A stretch of DNA of 64,000 nucleotides from Prochlorococcus sp. AG-459-M13 (GTDB lineage: Bacteria > Cyanobacteriota > Cyanobacteriia > PCC-6307 > Cyanobiaceae). Of the stretch, positions 33,053-43,795 are shown piece after piece. Numbering within the stretch: the first letter of the stretch is position 1; every line of letters begins with the position of its first letter. Below the pieces are notes generated by a model that saw nothing but the letters and a program-made list of their open reading frames with translations, was not told the DNA's origin and did no database searches. The stretch is taken from contig QCRE01000002.1 of NCBI GenBank assembly GCA_003212005.1, positions 8,790 through 72,789 of the forward strand, given 5' to 3'. A program made the translations under genes and the position numbers.

Positions 33053-33520
33053 TTGGATAAAGATTCAAAAAAAAATCTAGAAATTATTCTTCAAGAAGTC
33101 GCAAAAGAATTTAATTTAGAAATTCATAGTTTAGATTTATTTACAAATCAAAATCCAGTAATTATTAAAATTACCATAAGAAAAACTTGTGGACAGGATG
33201 TTTCTTTAGATGATTGTTCCAGATTCAATAACCCTGCATATGAAGTAATTGAAAATTCAAATTTTCTAAAATGTTCATATGTGTTAGAAATAAGTAGTCA
33301 AGGGGTCAGCGATGAATTAACCTCAGAAAGAGACTTCAAAACTTTTAAAGGTTTTCCAGTTAATGTTGAGTTAAACCAAAGAAATTCACAAATAAAAATT
33401 TTAAGTGGTTTACTTTATGAAAAGTCTAAAGATTATTTAGCCATTAACATAAAAGGTAAGATAAAAAAAATCCCCTTTAATGAAGTATTAAAGATTAGTC
33501 TTTGCACTATAAAAGACTAA
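33053..33520 (+). CDS. rimP: ribosome maturation factor RimP
   Basis: VSLDDC, YVLEISS.G, F..FKG; first gene of the nusA-infB operon. Confidence 0.9.
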   Translation: MDKDSKKNLEIILQEVAKEFNLEIHSLDLFTNQNPVIIKITIRKTCGQDVSLDDCSRFNNPAYEVIENSNFLKCSYVLEISSQGVSDELTSERDFKTFKGFPVNVELNQRNSQIKILSGLLYEKSKDYLAINIKGKIKKIPFNEVLKISLCTIKD

Positions 33521-33556
33521 TAAAATTTCAACCATTATTCTTTTTACCCATCATAG

Positions 33557-34960
33557 ATGGCATTAGTAATTCTCCCAGGATTAAATAACCTTATTGAAGA
33601 CATCAGTGAGGAAAAAAAATTACCTCCTCATGTTGTGGAGTCGGCTTTACGTGAGGCCCTACTTAAAGGTTATGAAAAATACAGAAGAACCTTCTACATT
33701 GGACTTAAAGAAGATCCATTTGATGAAGAATACTTCAGTAACTTTGATGTAGGATTTGATCTAGATGAAGAAGGTTACCGAATTTTATCAAGTAAAATAA
33801 TTGTTGAAGAGGTTGAAAGCGAAGATCATCAAATATCCCTTCTTGAAGTAAAACAAGTCGCTGAAGATGCTCAAATAGGCGATACAGTAGTTTTAGATGT
33901 AACTCCAGAAAAAGAGGATTTTGGCAGAATGGCTGCCTCAACCACTAAGCAAGTATTAGCTCAAAAATTGAGAGACCAACAAAGAAAAATGATTCAGGAA
34001 GAATTTGCTGATTTAGAGGATCCTGTTTTAACAGCAAGAGTTATAAGATTTGAAAGACAATCGGTAATTATGGGTGTCAGCTCAGGTATTGGTAGACCAG
34101 AAGTAGAAGCAGAACTTCCTAAAAGGGATCAATTACCGAATGACAACTATAGAGCTAACGCAACATTCAAAGTATTTCTTAAAGAAGTTAGTGAAATAGC
34201 TAGAAAAGGTCCTCAACTTTTTGTAAGTAGAGCTAATGCAGGTTTAGTAGTCTATTTATTTGAAAATGAAGTCCCAGAAATCCAGGAAGGTACAGTAAAA
34301 ATTGTTGCTGTTTCAAGAGAAGCAAACCCTCCTTCGAGAGCTGTTGGCCCAAGAACTAAAGTAGCAGTTGATAGTATTGAAAAAGAGGTTGATCCTGTTG
34401 GTGCTTGCATTGGAGCAAGAGGAGCAAGAATTCAACAAGTAGTTAATGAATTAAGGGGGGAAAAAATAGATGTTATCAAATGGTCATCTGACCCCATTCA
34501 ATACATATTGAATTCTTTGAGCCCAGCTAAAGTGGATCTTGTCAGACTCGTTGATCCAGAAGGACAACATGCTCATGTATTAGTTCCTCCTGATCAATTG
34601 AGTTTAGCGATAGGAAGAGAAGGCCAAAATGTGCGACTTGCAGCAAGATTGACTGGATGGAAAATTGATGTTAAAAACTCCCATGAATATAACCAAGAAG
34701 CAGAAGACAAGGCGGTTGAAGAATTAATCATTCAAAGAGAGGAAGAGGAGCATCTTCAAAGAGAAGCTGAACAGAGGTTGGAGGCAGAGCAAGCAGCAAG
34801 AGCAGCAGAAGATGCAAGATTGAGGGAACTATATCCTCTACCTGAAGATGATGAGGAATTTGGAGATGAATCATACGATGAAGAAAATCATTCCGAAAGT
34901 ACCCAAATGGCAAATATGAACTCTGATGAAATAGTCTCTACAGAGGAGAAAACACGGTGA
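33557..34960 (+). CDS. nusA: transcription termination factor NusA
   Basis: FGRMAA, S1 and KH domains, DPVGACIG, AIGREGQNVRLA. Confidence 0.98.
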   Translation: MALVILPGLNNLIEDISEEKKLPPHVVESALREALLKGYEKYRRTFYIGLKEDPFDEEYFSNFDVGFDLDEEGYRILSSKIIVEEVESEDHQISLLEVKQVAEDAQIGDTVVLDVTPEKEDFGRMAASTTKQVLAQKLRDQQRKMIQEEFADLEDPVLTARVIRFERQSVIMGVSSGIGRPEVEAELPKRDQLPNDNYRANATFKVFLKEVSEIARKGPQLFVSRANAGLVVYLFENEVPEIQEGTVKIVAVSREANPPSRAVGPRTKVAVDSIEKEVDPVGACIGARGARIQQVVNELRGEKIDVIKWSSDPIQYILNSLSPAKVDLVRLVDPEGQHAHVLVPPDQLSLAIGREGQNVRLAARLTGWKIDVKNSHEYNQEAEDKAVEELIIQREEEEHLQREAEQRLEAEQAARAAEDARLRELYPLPEDDEEFGDESYDEENHSESTQMANMNSDEIVSTEEKTR

Positions 34961-35217
34961 TACAAAAAACTCCTGTAATGCGCAAGTGTATTTCCTGCAG
35001 GACAACTTTTGATAGAAAGAATCTTTTGAAGGTTACTAATGATCAAAAGTTAGGTATAGTGTTAAATCAAGGGATGGGACGTTCTGCTTACATTTGTAAA
35101 TCAAAAAAGTGTTATACAGATTCTAAACTTCCAAAAAAGCTTCAAAAAGCATTAAAAAGTATTATAAATCCCGATTTCTTTGATATTTTTGAAAGGGAAA
35201 TTGCAAACTATAAATAA
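34957..35217 (+). CDS. ylxR: YlxR (DUF448) RNA-binding protein
   Basis: R.CISCR, GRSAYIC; located between nusA and infB. Confidence 0.9.
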   Translation: MIQKTPVMRKCISCRTTFDRKNLLKVTNDQKLGIVLNQGMGRSAYICKSKKCYTDSKLPKKLQKALKSIINPDFFDIFEREIANYK

Positions 35218-35289
35218 CTAACCCAAAAGAGCATATAATTAAAATAACATTCTCAAAAAATTCAAAAAAAGAGTAACATTTTAGACTAA

Positions 35290-38200
35290 ATGACTATCAG
35301 CGATAAAATCAGAGTTTATGAACTTTCCAGAGATTTAAAACTGGAAAACAAAGATATATTGGATGCTGCTCAAAAACTTTCAATATCAGTAAAAAGTCAC
35401 AGCAGTTCAATAAGTTTAGAGGATGCAAAAAAAATTAAAACTCATATAAAAAACAAGACTTCAGATAAAAAAATACTCTCCGTCAGTAAATCTTCATTTA
35501 AAGCTACTAATCATGAACAAAAAAATATTGAGAATCAAAACAAAGATTCAAAATCTCATGATGCTCCCATGAATCAGGACAAGTCATTAAAAGAAATTTT
35601 AAATAAAAAACCAGTTTTAAATAAACCAAAAAATCCAACGCCTCCAGCAATTATCTCTAACCTACAATCTCAAGAGCCTTTAAAAAATCAAAGTCAAGCT
35701 AATAATCCAATCAAAAGAGAAAATCTAAAAGATAAGAAAGAACTAAAGGTTTTCCAAAACAAAAAGCCTTTGAATAATGCTTCATCACCAACATCAAAAA
35801 GCCCTGTAAGACCTACAATTCAATTAATTGAAAAGCCTAAAAATTTAACAACTGCTAATAAAAAAAGTAACTCTTTAAATCAAAGACCTCAATCATCAAA
35901 TAGATTTGATAGTAATAATAATTTTCCCAAAAATAATTTAAATAATCCTCGGATAAAAAATACACCTGAACTAGTGGGTGCCCCAATAAGAAGGGGGGAT
36001 TCTAAAATTAATTCAAACAGACAAAATCCTAATGCTAGGCAACCCGCATCAAATATACAAAATTCAATAAATCAACCAGGTATTAATAACAGGCAAGTAA
36101 CTCCAAATAGGCCAGGCGCACCTAATAGGCCTGGTTCACCTAATAGGCAAGGGGCAGCACCTAATAGGCAAGGTGCTCCTAATAGAACTGGGGGGCAGAA
36201 TAGACAGGGTGATCCCAATAGATCAGGAAGCCACTATAGGCAAGGAGGGTCAACTAGAACAGGGGATCTTAATAGATCTGCTGGATCAAAATTTAATAAT
36301 CAAAATTCTGCAGGTATTAGGAAACCGGTAGCACCTAATGAACTGATGCAGTTACAGAAAACGAATGCCTCAGAAAAAGAAAATCTAAATAGATCTAAAT
36401 TTGATAACAAAAAAGTTGATTCACCTAAGCAGAATGCAAAATCACCTAATAGTCGTTTAAATGGATCTCCTTCTGCCAAAAAACCACCGCATAGGTCATT
36501 CGCAAACAACTCTAAGAAAACTGGGAGAACAGATTGGGATGATAGTGCAAAATTAGAAGCATTAAGAAATAAAAACCCCCAGAAACAAAGACAAAAAGTA
36601 CATATTATTGGAGAAAATGATGATTCATTAACCTCTGAAACTAGTGGCTATGCTGGAGAGAAGGTTTCAATCCTATCGGCTAGTCTAGCTCGTCCAAAAA
36701 AAGAAAAGTCAGAGGAACCAAAACAACAAAAAGTAACAAGACAATTTAAGAAAAAGAAAAAAGAGACTACTAGGCAAAGACAAAAGAGAAGAGCCATGGA
36801 ACTCAGAGCTGCCAAAGATGCTAAGCAAGTAAGGCCTGAAATGATCATTGTTCCTGAGGATAATTTAACAGTTCAAGAATTAGCCGATAAGCTTAGTCTT
36901 GAAAGTTCTGAAATAATAAAATCTCTTTTCTTCAAAGGCATAACTGCCACAGTTACTCAATCACTTGATTTAGCAACTATTGAAACTGTAGCTGAAGAAT
37001 TTGGAGTTCCTGTTTTGCAAGATGATATTGAAGAAGCGGCCAAGAAAACGGTAGATATGATTGAAACTGATGATATTGAGAGTCTTATTAAAAGGCCTCC
37101 AGTTATCACAGTTATGGGCCATGTTGATCATGGCAAAACCAGTCTTTTGGATTCCATAAGAGAATCTAGAGTAGCCTCAGGAGAAGCAGGAGGAATAACT
37201 CAACATATAGGGGCTTATCAAGTTGAATTTGAGCACGAATCCAAAATGAAAAAGCTTACGTTTCTTGATACTCCTGGTCATGAAGCATTTACTGCAATGC
37301 GTGCGAGAGGTACAAAAGTTACTGACGTAGCAGTACTTGTGGTAGCAGCAGATGATGGTTGCAGACCACAAACACTTGAAGCAATTAGTCATGCAAGAGC
37401 AGCAAAAGTACCCATAGTAGTTGCTATAAATAAAATTGATAAAGAAGGGGCTTCTCCAGATAAAGTTAAACAGGAATTATCAGAAAAAGATTTAATCGCA
37501 GAAGACTGGGGTGGAGATGTCGTGATGGTCCCAGTTAGTGCAATTAAAAAACAAAATATTGATAAATTACTCGAAATGATTTTATTGATTTCTGAAGTTG
37601 AAGATCTCCAAGCAAACCCAGAAAGATTAGCGAAAGGTACAGTAATTGAAGCCCATTTAGATAAAGCAAAAGGTCCTGTAGCAACATTACTAGTACAGAA
37701 CGGTACTTTAAAAGCCGGCGATGTTTTAGCTGCTGGATCAGTCCTTGGTAAAATTAGAGCAATGGTTGATGAAAATGGAAATAGAATTAAAACCGCAGGA
37801 CCTTCCTGTCCAGTAGAAGCCCTTGGATTTAGCGAAGTACCTACAGCAGGAGATGAATTTGAAGTTTATCCTGATGAGAAAACTGCCAGAGCAATTGTCG
37901 GAGAAAGAGCTACCGATGCAAGAGCCACAAAATTAGCACAGCAAATGGCATCTAGAAGAGTGAGTTTGTCATCTTTATCTACTCAAGCAAATGATGGAGA
38001 ACTTAAAGAGTTGAATCTAATTCTTAAAGCGGATGTTCAAGGTAGTGTAGAAGCTATTTTAGGTTCACTAGAACAATTACCCAAAAATGAGGTTCAAGTT
38101 AGAGTTTTACTCTCCGCTCCTGGAGAAATAACTGAGACTGATATAGATCTCGCTGCTGCCTCTGGCTCAGTAATAATAGGATTTAATACATCATTAGCCT

Positions 38201-38619
38201 CTGGAGCAAAAAGAGCAGCTGACTCAAACAATGTTGACATAAGGGAGTATGAGGTTATCTATAAATTATTAGAAGATATTCAAGCTGCGATGGAAGGACT
38301 ACTTGAACCTGATTTGGTTGAAGAATCTTTAGGTAGAGCTGAAGTAAGAGCGACTTTTGCAGTTGGGAAAGGAGCAATTGCTGGTTGCTACATACAAAGT
38401 GGTAAACTGCAGAGAAATTGTTCTTTAAGAGTACATAGATCTGATAAGGTAATTTTTGAAGGTAATTTAGATTCCCTTAAAAGATCTAAAGATGATGTAA
38501 AAGAAGTTAATACAGGATTTGAATGTGGAGTTGGATGTGACAAATTCTCAACGTGGAGTGAAGGAGATATTATAGAAGCATTCAAATTTGTAACTAAAAA
38601 AAGAACTTTAAATAAATAA
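35290..38619 (+). CDS. infB: translation initiation factor IF-2
   Basis: RVYELS N-domain, [20 protein letters not shown]. Confidence 0.99.
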   Translation: MTISDKIRVYELSRDLKLENKDILDAAQKLSISVKSHSSSISLEDAKKIKTHIKNKTSDKKILSVSKSSFKATNHEQKNIENQNKDSKSHDAPMNQDKSLKEILNKKPVLNKPKNPTPPAIISNLQSQEPLKNQSQANNPIKRENLKDKKELKVFQNKKPLNNASSPTSKSPVRPTIQLIEKPKNLTTANKKSNSLNQRPQSSNRFDSNNNFPKNNLNNPRIKNTPELVGAPIRRGDSKINSNRQNPNARQPASNIQNSINQPGINNRQVTPNRPGAPNRPGSPNRQGAAPNRQGAPNRTGGQNRQGDPNRSGSHYRQGGSTRTGDLNRSAGSKFNNQNSAGIRKPVAPNELMQLQKTNASEKENLNRSKFDNKKVDSPKQNAKSPNSRLNGSPSAKKPPHRSFANNSKKTGRTDWDDSAKLEALRNKNPQKQRQKVHIIGENDDSLTSETSGYAGEKVSILSASLARPKKEKSEEPKQQKVTRQFKKKKKETTRQRQKRRAMELRAAKDAKQVRPEMIIVPEDNLTVQELADKLSLESSEIIKSLFFKGITATVTQSLDLATIETVAEEFGVPVLQDDIEEAAKKTVDMIETDDIESLIKRPPVITVMGHVDHGKTSLLDSIRESRVASGEAGGITQHIGAYQVEFEHESKMKKLTFLDTPGHEAFTAMRARGTKVTDVAVLVVAADDGCRPQTLEAISHARAAKVPIVVAINKIDKEGASPDKVKQELSEKDLIAEDWGGDVVMVPVSAIKKQNIDKLLEMILLISEVEDLQANPERLAKGTVIEAHLDKAKGPVATLLVQNGTLKAGDVLAAGSVLGKIRAMVDENGNRIKTAGPSCPVEALGFSEVPTAGDEFEVYPDEKTARAIVGERATDARATKLAQQMASRRVSLSSLSTQANDGELKELNLILKADVQGSVEAILGSLEQLPKNEVQVRVLLSAPGEITETDIDLAAASGSVIIGFNTSLASGAKRAADSNNVDIREYEVIYKLLEDIQAAMEGLLEPDLVEESLGRAEVRATFAVGKGAIAGCYIQSGKLQRNCSLRVHRSDKVIFEGNLDSLKRSKDDVKEVNTGFECGVGCDKFSTWSEGDIIEAFKFVTKKRTLNK
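36085..36285 (+). repeat. degenerate in-frame tandem repeat (about 18-21 nt; PNRxG[A/S]) inside infB
   Basis: CCTAATAGGC at 36121, 36139 and 36160; peptide [42 protein letters not shown]. Confidence 0.85.
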
Positions 38620-38620
38620 G

Positions 38621-38860
38621 TTAATTTTCCTTATTTCTTTCGAGAAATAACAGAAAAGGGAATAGAGCACAGGCTCCTAATTGTACTAAAAGGTTATTTT
38701 GCTGAACTTCATTACCACTTGAAATTTTCGACAGCATTATGAAAAGACCCAAAAAAGCTGAACCTGTAAAAGCTATCCATAGAAATCTTCTTAATCCTCT
38801 AAAAGGAGCCTGCGACTCTTTAAGTAATTTTTTTTTTAATTCAGGATCAATTTTTGACAT
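38621..38860 (-). CDS. DUF3493 (LPA1-like) two-TM protein
   Basis: L.KE.QAPFRGLRRF.W.AF followed by two hydrophobic helices. Confidence 0.75.
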   Translation of the reverse strand: MSKIDPELKKKLLKESQAPFRGLRRFLWIAFTGSAFLGLFIMLSKISSGNEVQQNNLLVQLGACALFPFLLFLERNKEN

Positions 38861-38873
38861 TAATTATTTCAAT

Positions 38874-38891
38874 TATAGAATTAATTCTATA
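38874..38891. promoter_or_regulatory. 18-bp perfect palindrome carrying TAGAAT on both strands; candidate bidirectional promoter
   Basis: TATAGAATTAATTCTATA in the 54-bp gap between the divergent DUF3493 gene and tRNA-Thr. Confidence 0.5.
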
Positions 38892-38914
38892 TGAAAATTT
38901 CAACATTTTATATT

Positions 38915-38986
38915 GCCGATATAGCTCAGCGGAAGAGCAACTGTCTCGTAAACAGTAGGTCATTGGTTCAATTCCAATTATCGGCA
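38915..38986 (+). tRNA. tRNA-Thr(CGT)
   Basis: Acceptor GCCGATA/TATCGGC, D-arm GCTC..GAGC, anticodon arm ACTGT-CTCGTAA-ACAGT, T-loop GGTTCAATTCC; CCA not encoded. Confidence 0.97.
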
Positions 38987-39002
38987 TTTAAATTTCATAT
39001 AT

Positions 39003-40571
39003 ATGCATAACATGATTGAGATTAATCATAATTTAAAAAAAATTTTAAAGATTTTTCTTTTTATTCCTCTCATTTTCTATTATGGCAAACGTAGTTATAT
39101 AGCTTTCGATGAGGGGTTCTATGCTTTGCAAGCTAGATGGATACAAGAAAAAGGTAACTGGACAATTCCCTTATGGTGGGACGAATACGTTTTAGATAGA
39201 ACAAATGGGTTACAAGTTTTAATCGCTAAATCACAGGAAATTTTTGGCAACAATATTTTTGCAGCATATTTACCAACTACGATAGCAGCAATATTAATGT
39301 TAATAATTACTTATAAATTGCATGAAGAATTTTTTGATAAAAATTTTGCAATCGTATCTCCGCTAATACTTTCTACAACATTTCTATGGTTTGACTACTC
39401 TCATTTAGCCACTCAAGATCTTATTTTTTCCTGCTTGGTAACTATTGGAGTATTTGCGTTAGTAAGAATAAATAACAATAGAAATAAATACTATATTTTA
39501 CTTTTTGGAATTTGGATAGGTTTAGCTTTCATGATGAAGACTTTTCTTGTAGCTGTTCCTCTTGCCGCGCTATCGCCATATTTATTTTTGAAAAGAAAAT
39601 TATTGATTAATAAATTATTTTGGCTTGGCTTAATAATTGGATTTGTTCCATATCTTATATGGGCTTACTCTATAGACTCATATTTAGATCAAAATATTAT
39701 CTTTTACTTATTTAGTAAATTTAATTTCCTCTCTAATAAAAACGACTCTACAAATCCTTTTTATTATTATTTTTGGAATATTCCAGTGACGTTCCTACCA
39801 TGGAGCATATTTTCTATTATTGGTTTAATTTCAAATACTCTAGAAAATAAAGATAAAAATCAGAAATTTATCTTAACTTATTTCCCTTTAATATTGATCT
39901 TAATTTTAAGTATTTTCTCTACTAAAACACCATATTATCCTCTGCAAATATCTTCAATACTATCTTTAAATTCCTATATAGGTATTAAATATTTATTCAG
40001 TTCAAAAAGATATAAATCTTTATTTGTTTTTATTACATCAAAATTAATTCCTTTATTGCTAGTTACTTTAGTTTTCGCACGTTTTATTTTCTTCAAACAT
40101 GTTCTTAATTTCACCATAAGAGAAAATACATTTATCATTTTAGGATTATTATCTTTTGCGTTAGCTTGGACTTTTATTAAAGAGAAAAGTAACCTTAAAG
40201 AGATTTTTATAACTTTAATAATTGGTCCTTATTTATTAACTTCATTAGTATTACAGTCAGGTTTATTTACAGACCGATCTAGGGAATTAAGAGAAACTAT
40301 GGAGTATCTTAATTCATTTGATATTATGAAAAATGAAATTATTAAAGTTGATAAAAGTAATTCTGGTAATCAAATAGCGCAATCCAAAATAATAAGAATT
40401 TCACTTCTAACTCCTAATTTAGGAGATGGGATTGAAAGCATAGAAAAAATGAGCCCCTCGGATTTAGCATGGACCACTGTATCTTCAAAAGAACTTTATA
40501 AAAATCATTCATATCAAATAATTTATGATTATGAAACTTTATCTCCCTGGAAATTAATTAGAAAAAATTGA
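39003..40571 (+). CDS. GT-C fold glycosyltransferase (ArnT/PMT-2 family), integral membrane
   Basis: FDEGFY acidic loop after TM1, many TM helices, MMKT, PFYYYF, FLPWS, TKTPYY. Confidence 0.88.
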   Translation: MHNMIEINHNLKKILKIFLFIPLIFYYGKRSYIAFDEGFYALQARWIQEKGNWTIPLWWDEYVLDRTNGLQVLIAKSQEIFGNNIFAAYLPTTIAAILMLIITYKLHEEFFDKNFAIVSPLILSTTFLWFDYSHLATQDLIFSCLVTIGVFALVRINNNRNKYYILLFGIWIGLAFMMKTFLVAVPLAALSPYLFLKRKLLINKLFWLGLIIGFVPYLIWAYSIDSYLDQNIIFYLFSKFNFLSNKNDSTNPFYYYFWNIPVTFLPWSIFSIIGLISNTLENKDKNQKFILTYFPLILILILSIFSTKTPYYPLQISSILSLNSYIGIKYLFSSKRYKSLFVFITSKLIPLLLVTLVFARFIFFKHVLNFTIRENTFIILGLLSFALAWTFIKEKSNLKEIFITLIIGPYLLTSLVLQSGLFTDRSRELRETMEYLNSFDIMKNEIIKVDKSNSGNQIAQSKIIRISLLTPNLGDGIESIEKMSPSDLAWTTVSSKELYKNHSYQIIYDYETLSPWKLIRKN

Positions 40572-40597
40572 TGAGATCATATTAATATTATCTTCAT

Positions 40598-41704
40598 GTG
40601 AGATTAAATTTAATGAAATCTGAAAATACATGGAATCTATCGCATAATAAAATTCACCAATTATTTAGAGATAATAATGAATTCATTTCTCTTAAAGTAA
40701 GAGGTAATACATGGGAACCAATAACAAGATGGTTAAGATTAGATTCTAGAATATTTAAAGGTACAACTAATAAAGCAAGAATTACTTTATGTGATATTGA
40801 ATCATTAGCTGAAATTTATAATTACAGATCTATACGATGGAAAGCAAAAAAATTAACCCCCATACCAACCAAATTAATTCCTAAATTTGTAAAGAATACT
40901 CTACGTAAGTTACCAATAATTAAGCAACTTGCTTTTGAACTGGAAATTGTATTTTATAAATATCAGGAAAAATCAGGTGATCATTTGATTTCAATAGTTA
41001 TTCCTGCAAGAAATGAGGAGGGTAATAGGGAACTTTTAATAGAAGCTTTAAGTAAATTTAAAAAAATACCTAATAAAGTTGAAATAATATTTGTGGAGGG
41101 AAACAGTAAAGATAAAACTTTTCAAATGTTAGAAAAAATAACTAAAGATTTTTCAAATAGCTTTAAAATATCTCTTTTAAAACAAACTTCTAAGGGTAAG
41201 AAAAATGCTGTCGTAGAGGGTTTCAATATTGCATCAGGTGAAACTTTGGCGATTATAGATAGCGACTTCACAGTAGATGTTAATGATAGTATCAATGCAA
41301 TAATGCAATCGACAAAAAATGAAAATATTCTTGTTAATTGCTCTAGAACAACATTCCCAATGGAAAGAGATGCTATGAGATGGGCGAATTATATTGGAAA
41401 TAGATGTTTTGCTCTACTTTTATCGATATTAATCAATAAACCGATTTCTGATTCACTATGCGGGACAAAAGTTTTCTCAAGAAAATTTTTAAATTTGATG
41501 AAGAAAAATGGCAGTTGGGAATCCAAATCAGATCCTTTTGGGGATTTTACGATAATTTTCGAAGCAGCAAATAATAATATTAAAATCCTTAATTACCCTG
41601 TTAGATATTATGCAAGGAAATCTGGAGCACCAAATATATCAAGATGGATAGATGGTATTAAATTACTCAAGGTATGTTTTATATATATGATTTCAGATAT
41701 CTAA
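40598..41704 (+). CDS. GT2 glycosyltransferase (polyprenyl-phosphate glycosyltransferase-like) with N-terminal extension
   Basis: SIVIPARNEEGN, VEGNSKD, GKKNAV..G, DSD, DSLCGTK, DPFGDF. Confidence 0.9.
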   Translation: MRLNLMKSENTWNLSHNKIHQLFRDNNEFISLKVRGNTWEPITRWLRLDSRIFKGTTNKARITLCDIESLAEIYNYRSIRWKAKKLTPIPTKLIPKFVKNTLRKLPIIKQLAFELEIVFYKYQEKSGDHLISIVIPARNEEGNRELLIEALSKFKKIPNKVEIIFVEGNSKDKTFQMLEKITKDFSNSFKISLLKQTSKGKKNAVVEGFNIASGETLAIIDSDFTVDVNDSINAIMQSTKNENILVNCSRTTFPMERDAMRWANYIGNRCFALLLSILINKPISDSLCGTKVFSRKFLNLMKKNGSWESKSDPFGDFTIIFEAANNNIKILNYPVRYYARKSGAPNISRWIDGIKLLKVCFIYMISDI

Positions 41705-41804
41705 AAAAAGTTTTAATTTTTCGGATGTAAATTTATAAAATCGCACCAAAAGAGTAATAAAATAGTTAGATTCTTAAAGTGAGATTAAATTTTAAATTTC
41801 TTCT

Positions 41805-43424
41805 ATGAAGTTTAAGTTTCCTTTTAAAAAAATAATAAACAACACCAATAGAGAAATATTCAACAAAGTTCTCATTGTTAGACTTCCATGCAACCCGATA
41901 TTCCCAATTGGACCTATTTACTTAGCAGATCATATTCATAAATGTTTTCCAAAAATAGAGCAACAATTCATTGATTTAGCAATAGTACCTTCAAACAATA
42001 TTTCTAAATATTTAAAAAGAAAAATTGATCAATTTAGACCTCATATAATAATTTTTTCTTGGAGAGATATCCAAATATACGCTCCTGTTGACGGAAGAAG
42101 CGGTAATCCATTACAAAACTCTTTTGAAGTTTTCTACTCAAAAAATATTTTGAAAAAAATTCGAGGTGCTTGGGGAGGCCTGAAATTAATAACATCCCAT
42201 TATGAAGAAATAAATAGGAATACATCTTTGGTGAAGTTGGGGCTCAACAGAGCTCAAAAATACAATAAATCAGTAAAAGTGATTTTAGGTGGAGGAGCTG
42301 TCAGTGTTTTCTATGAGCAGCTAGGAAGTTTATTACCAAAAGGTACTGTTATTTCTGTTGGAGAGGGTGAAAACCTTATTGAAAAAATTATAAAAGGTGA
42401 CTCTATTGCAGAAGAAAGATGTTATATTGCAGGGCAAAAACCAAGGAATAAATTAATACATGAACAGCCTTCTGGAATCATTAAAACAGCTTGTAACTAC
42501 AAATACATCAAATCTATATGGGCTGAATTTAATTGGTACATAGAGGGTGGAGACTATTATGTAGGGGTACAAACCAAAAGAGGTTGTCCACATAATTGTT
42601 GTTTTTGCGTTTATACAGTAGTAGAGGGTAAGAAAGTAAGGGTTAATCCCGTAAATGAAGTCATAAAAGAAATGAAGCAACTTTATGAAATGGGTGTAAG
42701 AGGTTTTTGGTTTACTGATGCGCAATTTATCCCAACAAGGAATAATATAGAGGATGCAAAATTACTTCTTCAAGGTATAAAAGATCAAGGATGGAATGAT
42801 ATTAAATGGGCTGCATACATCAGAGCAGATAATATCGATCGAGAGTTAGCTCAATTGATGGTTGATACAGGAATGAGTTATTTTGAGATAGGAATTACTT
42901 CTGGATCTCAAGAACTTGTAAGAAAAATGAGACTAGCATATAACCTGAGAACCGTACTAGAAAATTGTAAGATGCTTGTTGAGGCAGGATTTAGTAATCA
43001 TGTCTCTGTCAACTACTCATTTAATGTTTTTGATGAAACTCCTGATACAATAAGACAAACTGTCGCTTACCATAGAGAGTTAGAAGATATCTTTGGCATA
43101 GGCTTAGTAGATCCAGCTATATTTTTTATAGGTTTACAACCCCATACTCTTTTGGAAAAATACGCTCTAGAAAATAATATATTAAAACCTAATTATAATC
43201 CGATGAGTATGATGCCATGGACAGCAAGAAAACTTTTGTGGAACCCTGGCGCCTTGGGTAAAAAGCTTGGAGAAGTATGTTTAGAGGCTTTTGATAATAA
43301 AGATGATGAATTTGGGAAGACGGTTATGAATATTTTGGAAAGAAATTATGGAAAATCATCATTAGATGAATCTCTAAAAGTGCGTAAATTATCAGAAAGA
43401 AAGTTAGCTACCACAAAAGTTTAA
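41805..43424 (+). CDS. B12-binding radical SAM protein (cyanobacterial PSII high-light acclimation family)
   Basis: RLPCNPIFPIG N-terminus, ILGGGA, KRGCPHNCCFC (CxxxCxxC), TDAQF. Confidence 0.85.
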   Translation: MKFKFPFKKIINNTNREIFNKVLIVRLPCNPIFPIGPIYLADHIHKCFPKIEQQFIDLAIVPSNNISKYLKRKIDQFRPHIIIFSWRDIQIYAPVDGRSGNPLQNSFEVFYSKNILKKIRGAWGGLKLITSHYEEINRNTSLVKLGLNRAQKYNKSVKVILGGGAVSVFYEQLGSLLPKGTVISVGEGENLIEKIIKGDSIAEERCYIAGQKPRNKLIHEQPSGIIKTACNYKYIKSIWAEFNWYIEGGDYYVGVQTKRGCPHNCCFCVYTVVEGKKVRVNPVNEVIKEMKQLYEMGVRGFWFTDAQFIPTRNNIEDAKLLLQGIKDQGWNDIKWAAYIRADNIDRELAQLMVDTGMSYFEIGITSGSQELVRKMRLAYNLRTVLENCKMLVEAGFSNHVSVNYSFNVFDETPDTIRQTVAYHRELEDIFGIGLVDPAIFFIGLQPHTLLEKYALENNILKPNYNPMSMMPWTARKLLWNPGALGKKLGEVCLEAFDNKDDEFGKTVMNILERNYGKSSLDESLKVRKLSERKLATTKV

Positions 43425-43439
43425 AATTTATTAATTTAA

Positions 43440-43757
43440 TTAATCTTCTTTTTCAATTGAACTTGATATCCCTTTTGATTTGAGGGATTCTGAATAAAAT
43501 TCAGCAGGCTCCAGATCACAAACAATAACTAACCCAATACCATTGTTATGAGCCTCAAGCATAATTGAAATAGCATCTTGCTCACTTAATTGTGGTACAA
43601 CTTCTCTTAGTGCATTAGTTACGTACTCCATTGAGTTTACTGGGTCATTATGGAGTAATACCTTATATTTTGGTGATTTATTTTTTAATGCAGCTGTTTT
43701 TTTTTCGATAACTGCTGCGTTACTATTTTCACCTTTTTCTAACTTTATAGTTGACAT
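43440..43757 (-). CDS. clpS: ATP-dependent Clp protease adaptor ClpS
   Basis: YKVLLHNDPVNSMEYV, MLEAH. Confidence 0.95.
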   Translation of the reverse strand: MSTIKLEKGENSNAAVIEKKTAALKNKSPKYKVLLHNDPVNSMEYVTNALREVVPQLSEQDAISIMLEAHNNGIGLVIVCDLEPAEFYSESLKSKGISSSIEKED

Positions 43758-43795
43758 TAATTTTAGAGTTCGCTTACTAAATTACTTATTTATAA

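Noticed and set aside
36085-36285. infB repeats as a CRISPR array
   Set aside because: In-frame degenerate coding repeats with no unique spacers and no cas genes
41705-41804. Possible attR (copy of the tRNA-Thr 3' end) after the glycosyltransferases
   Set aside because: Only a weak match (AATTTTTCGG versus AATTATCGG) and no integrase; not evidence of an active element
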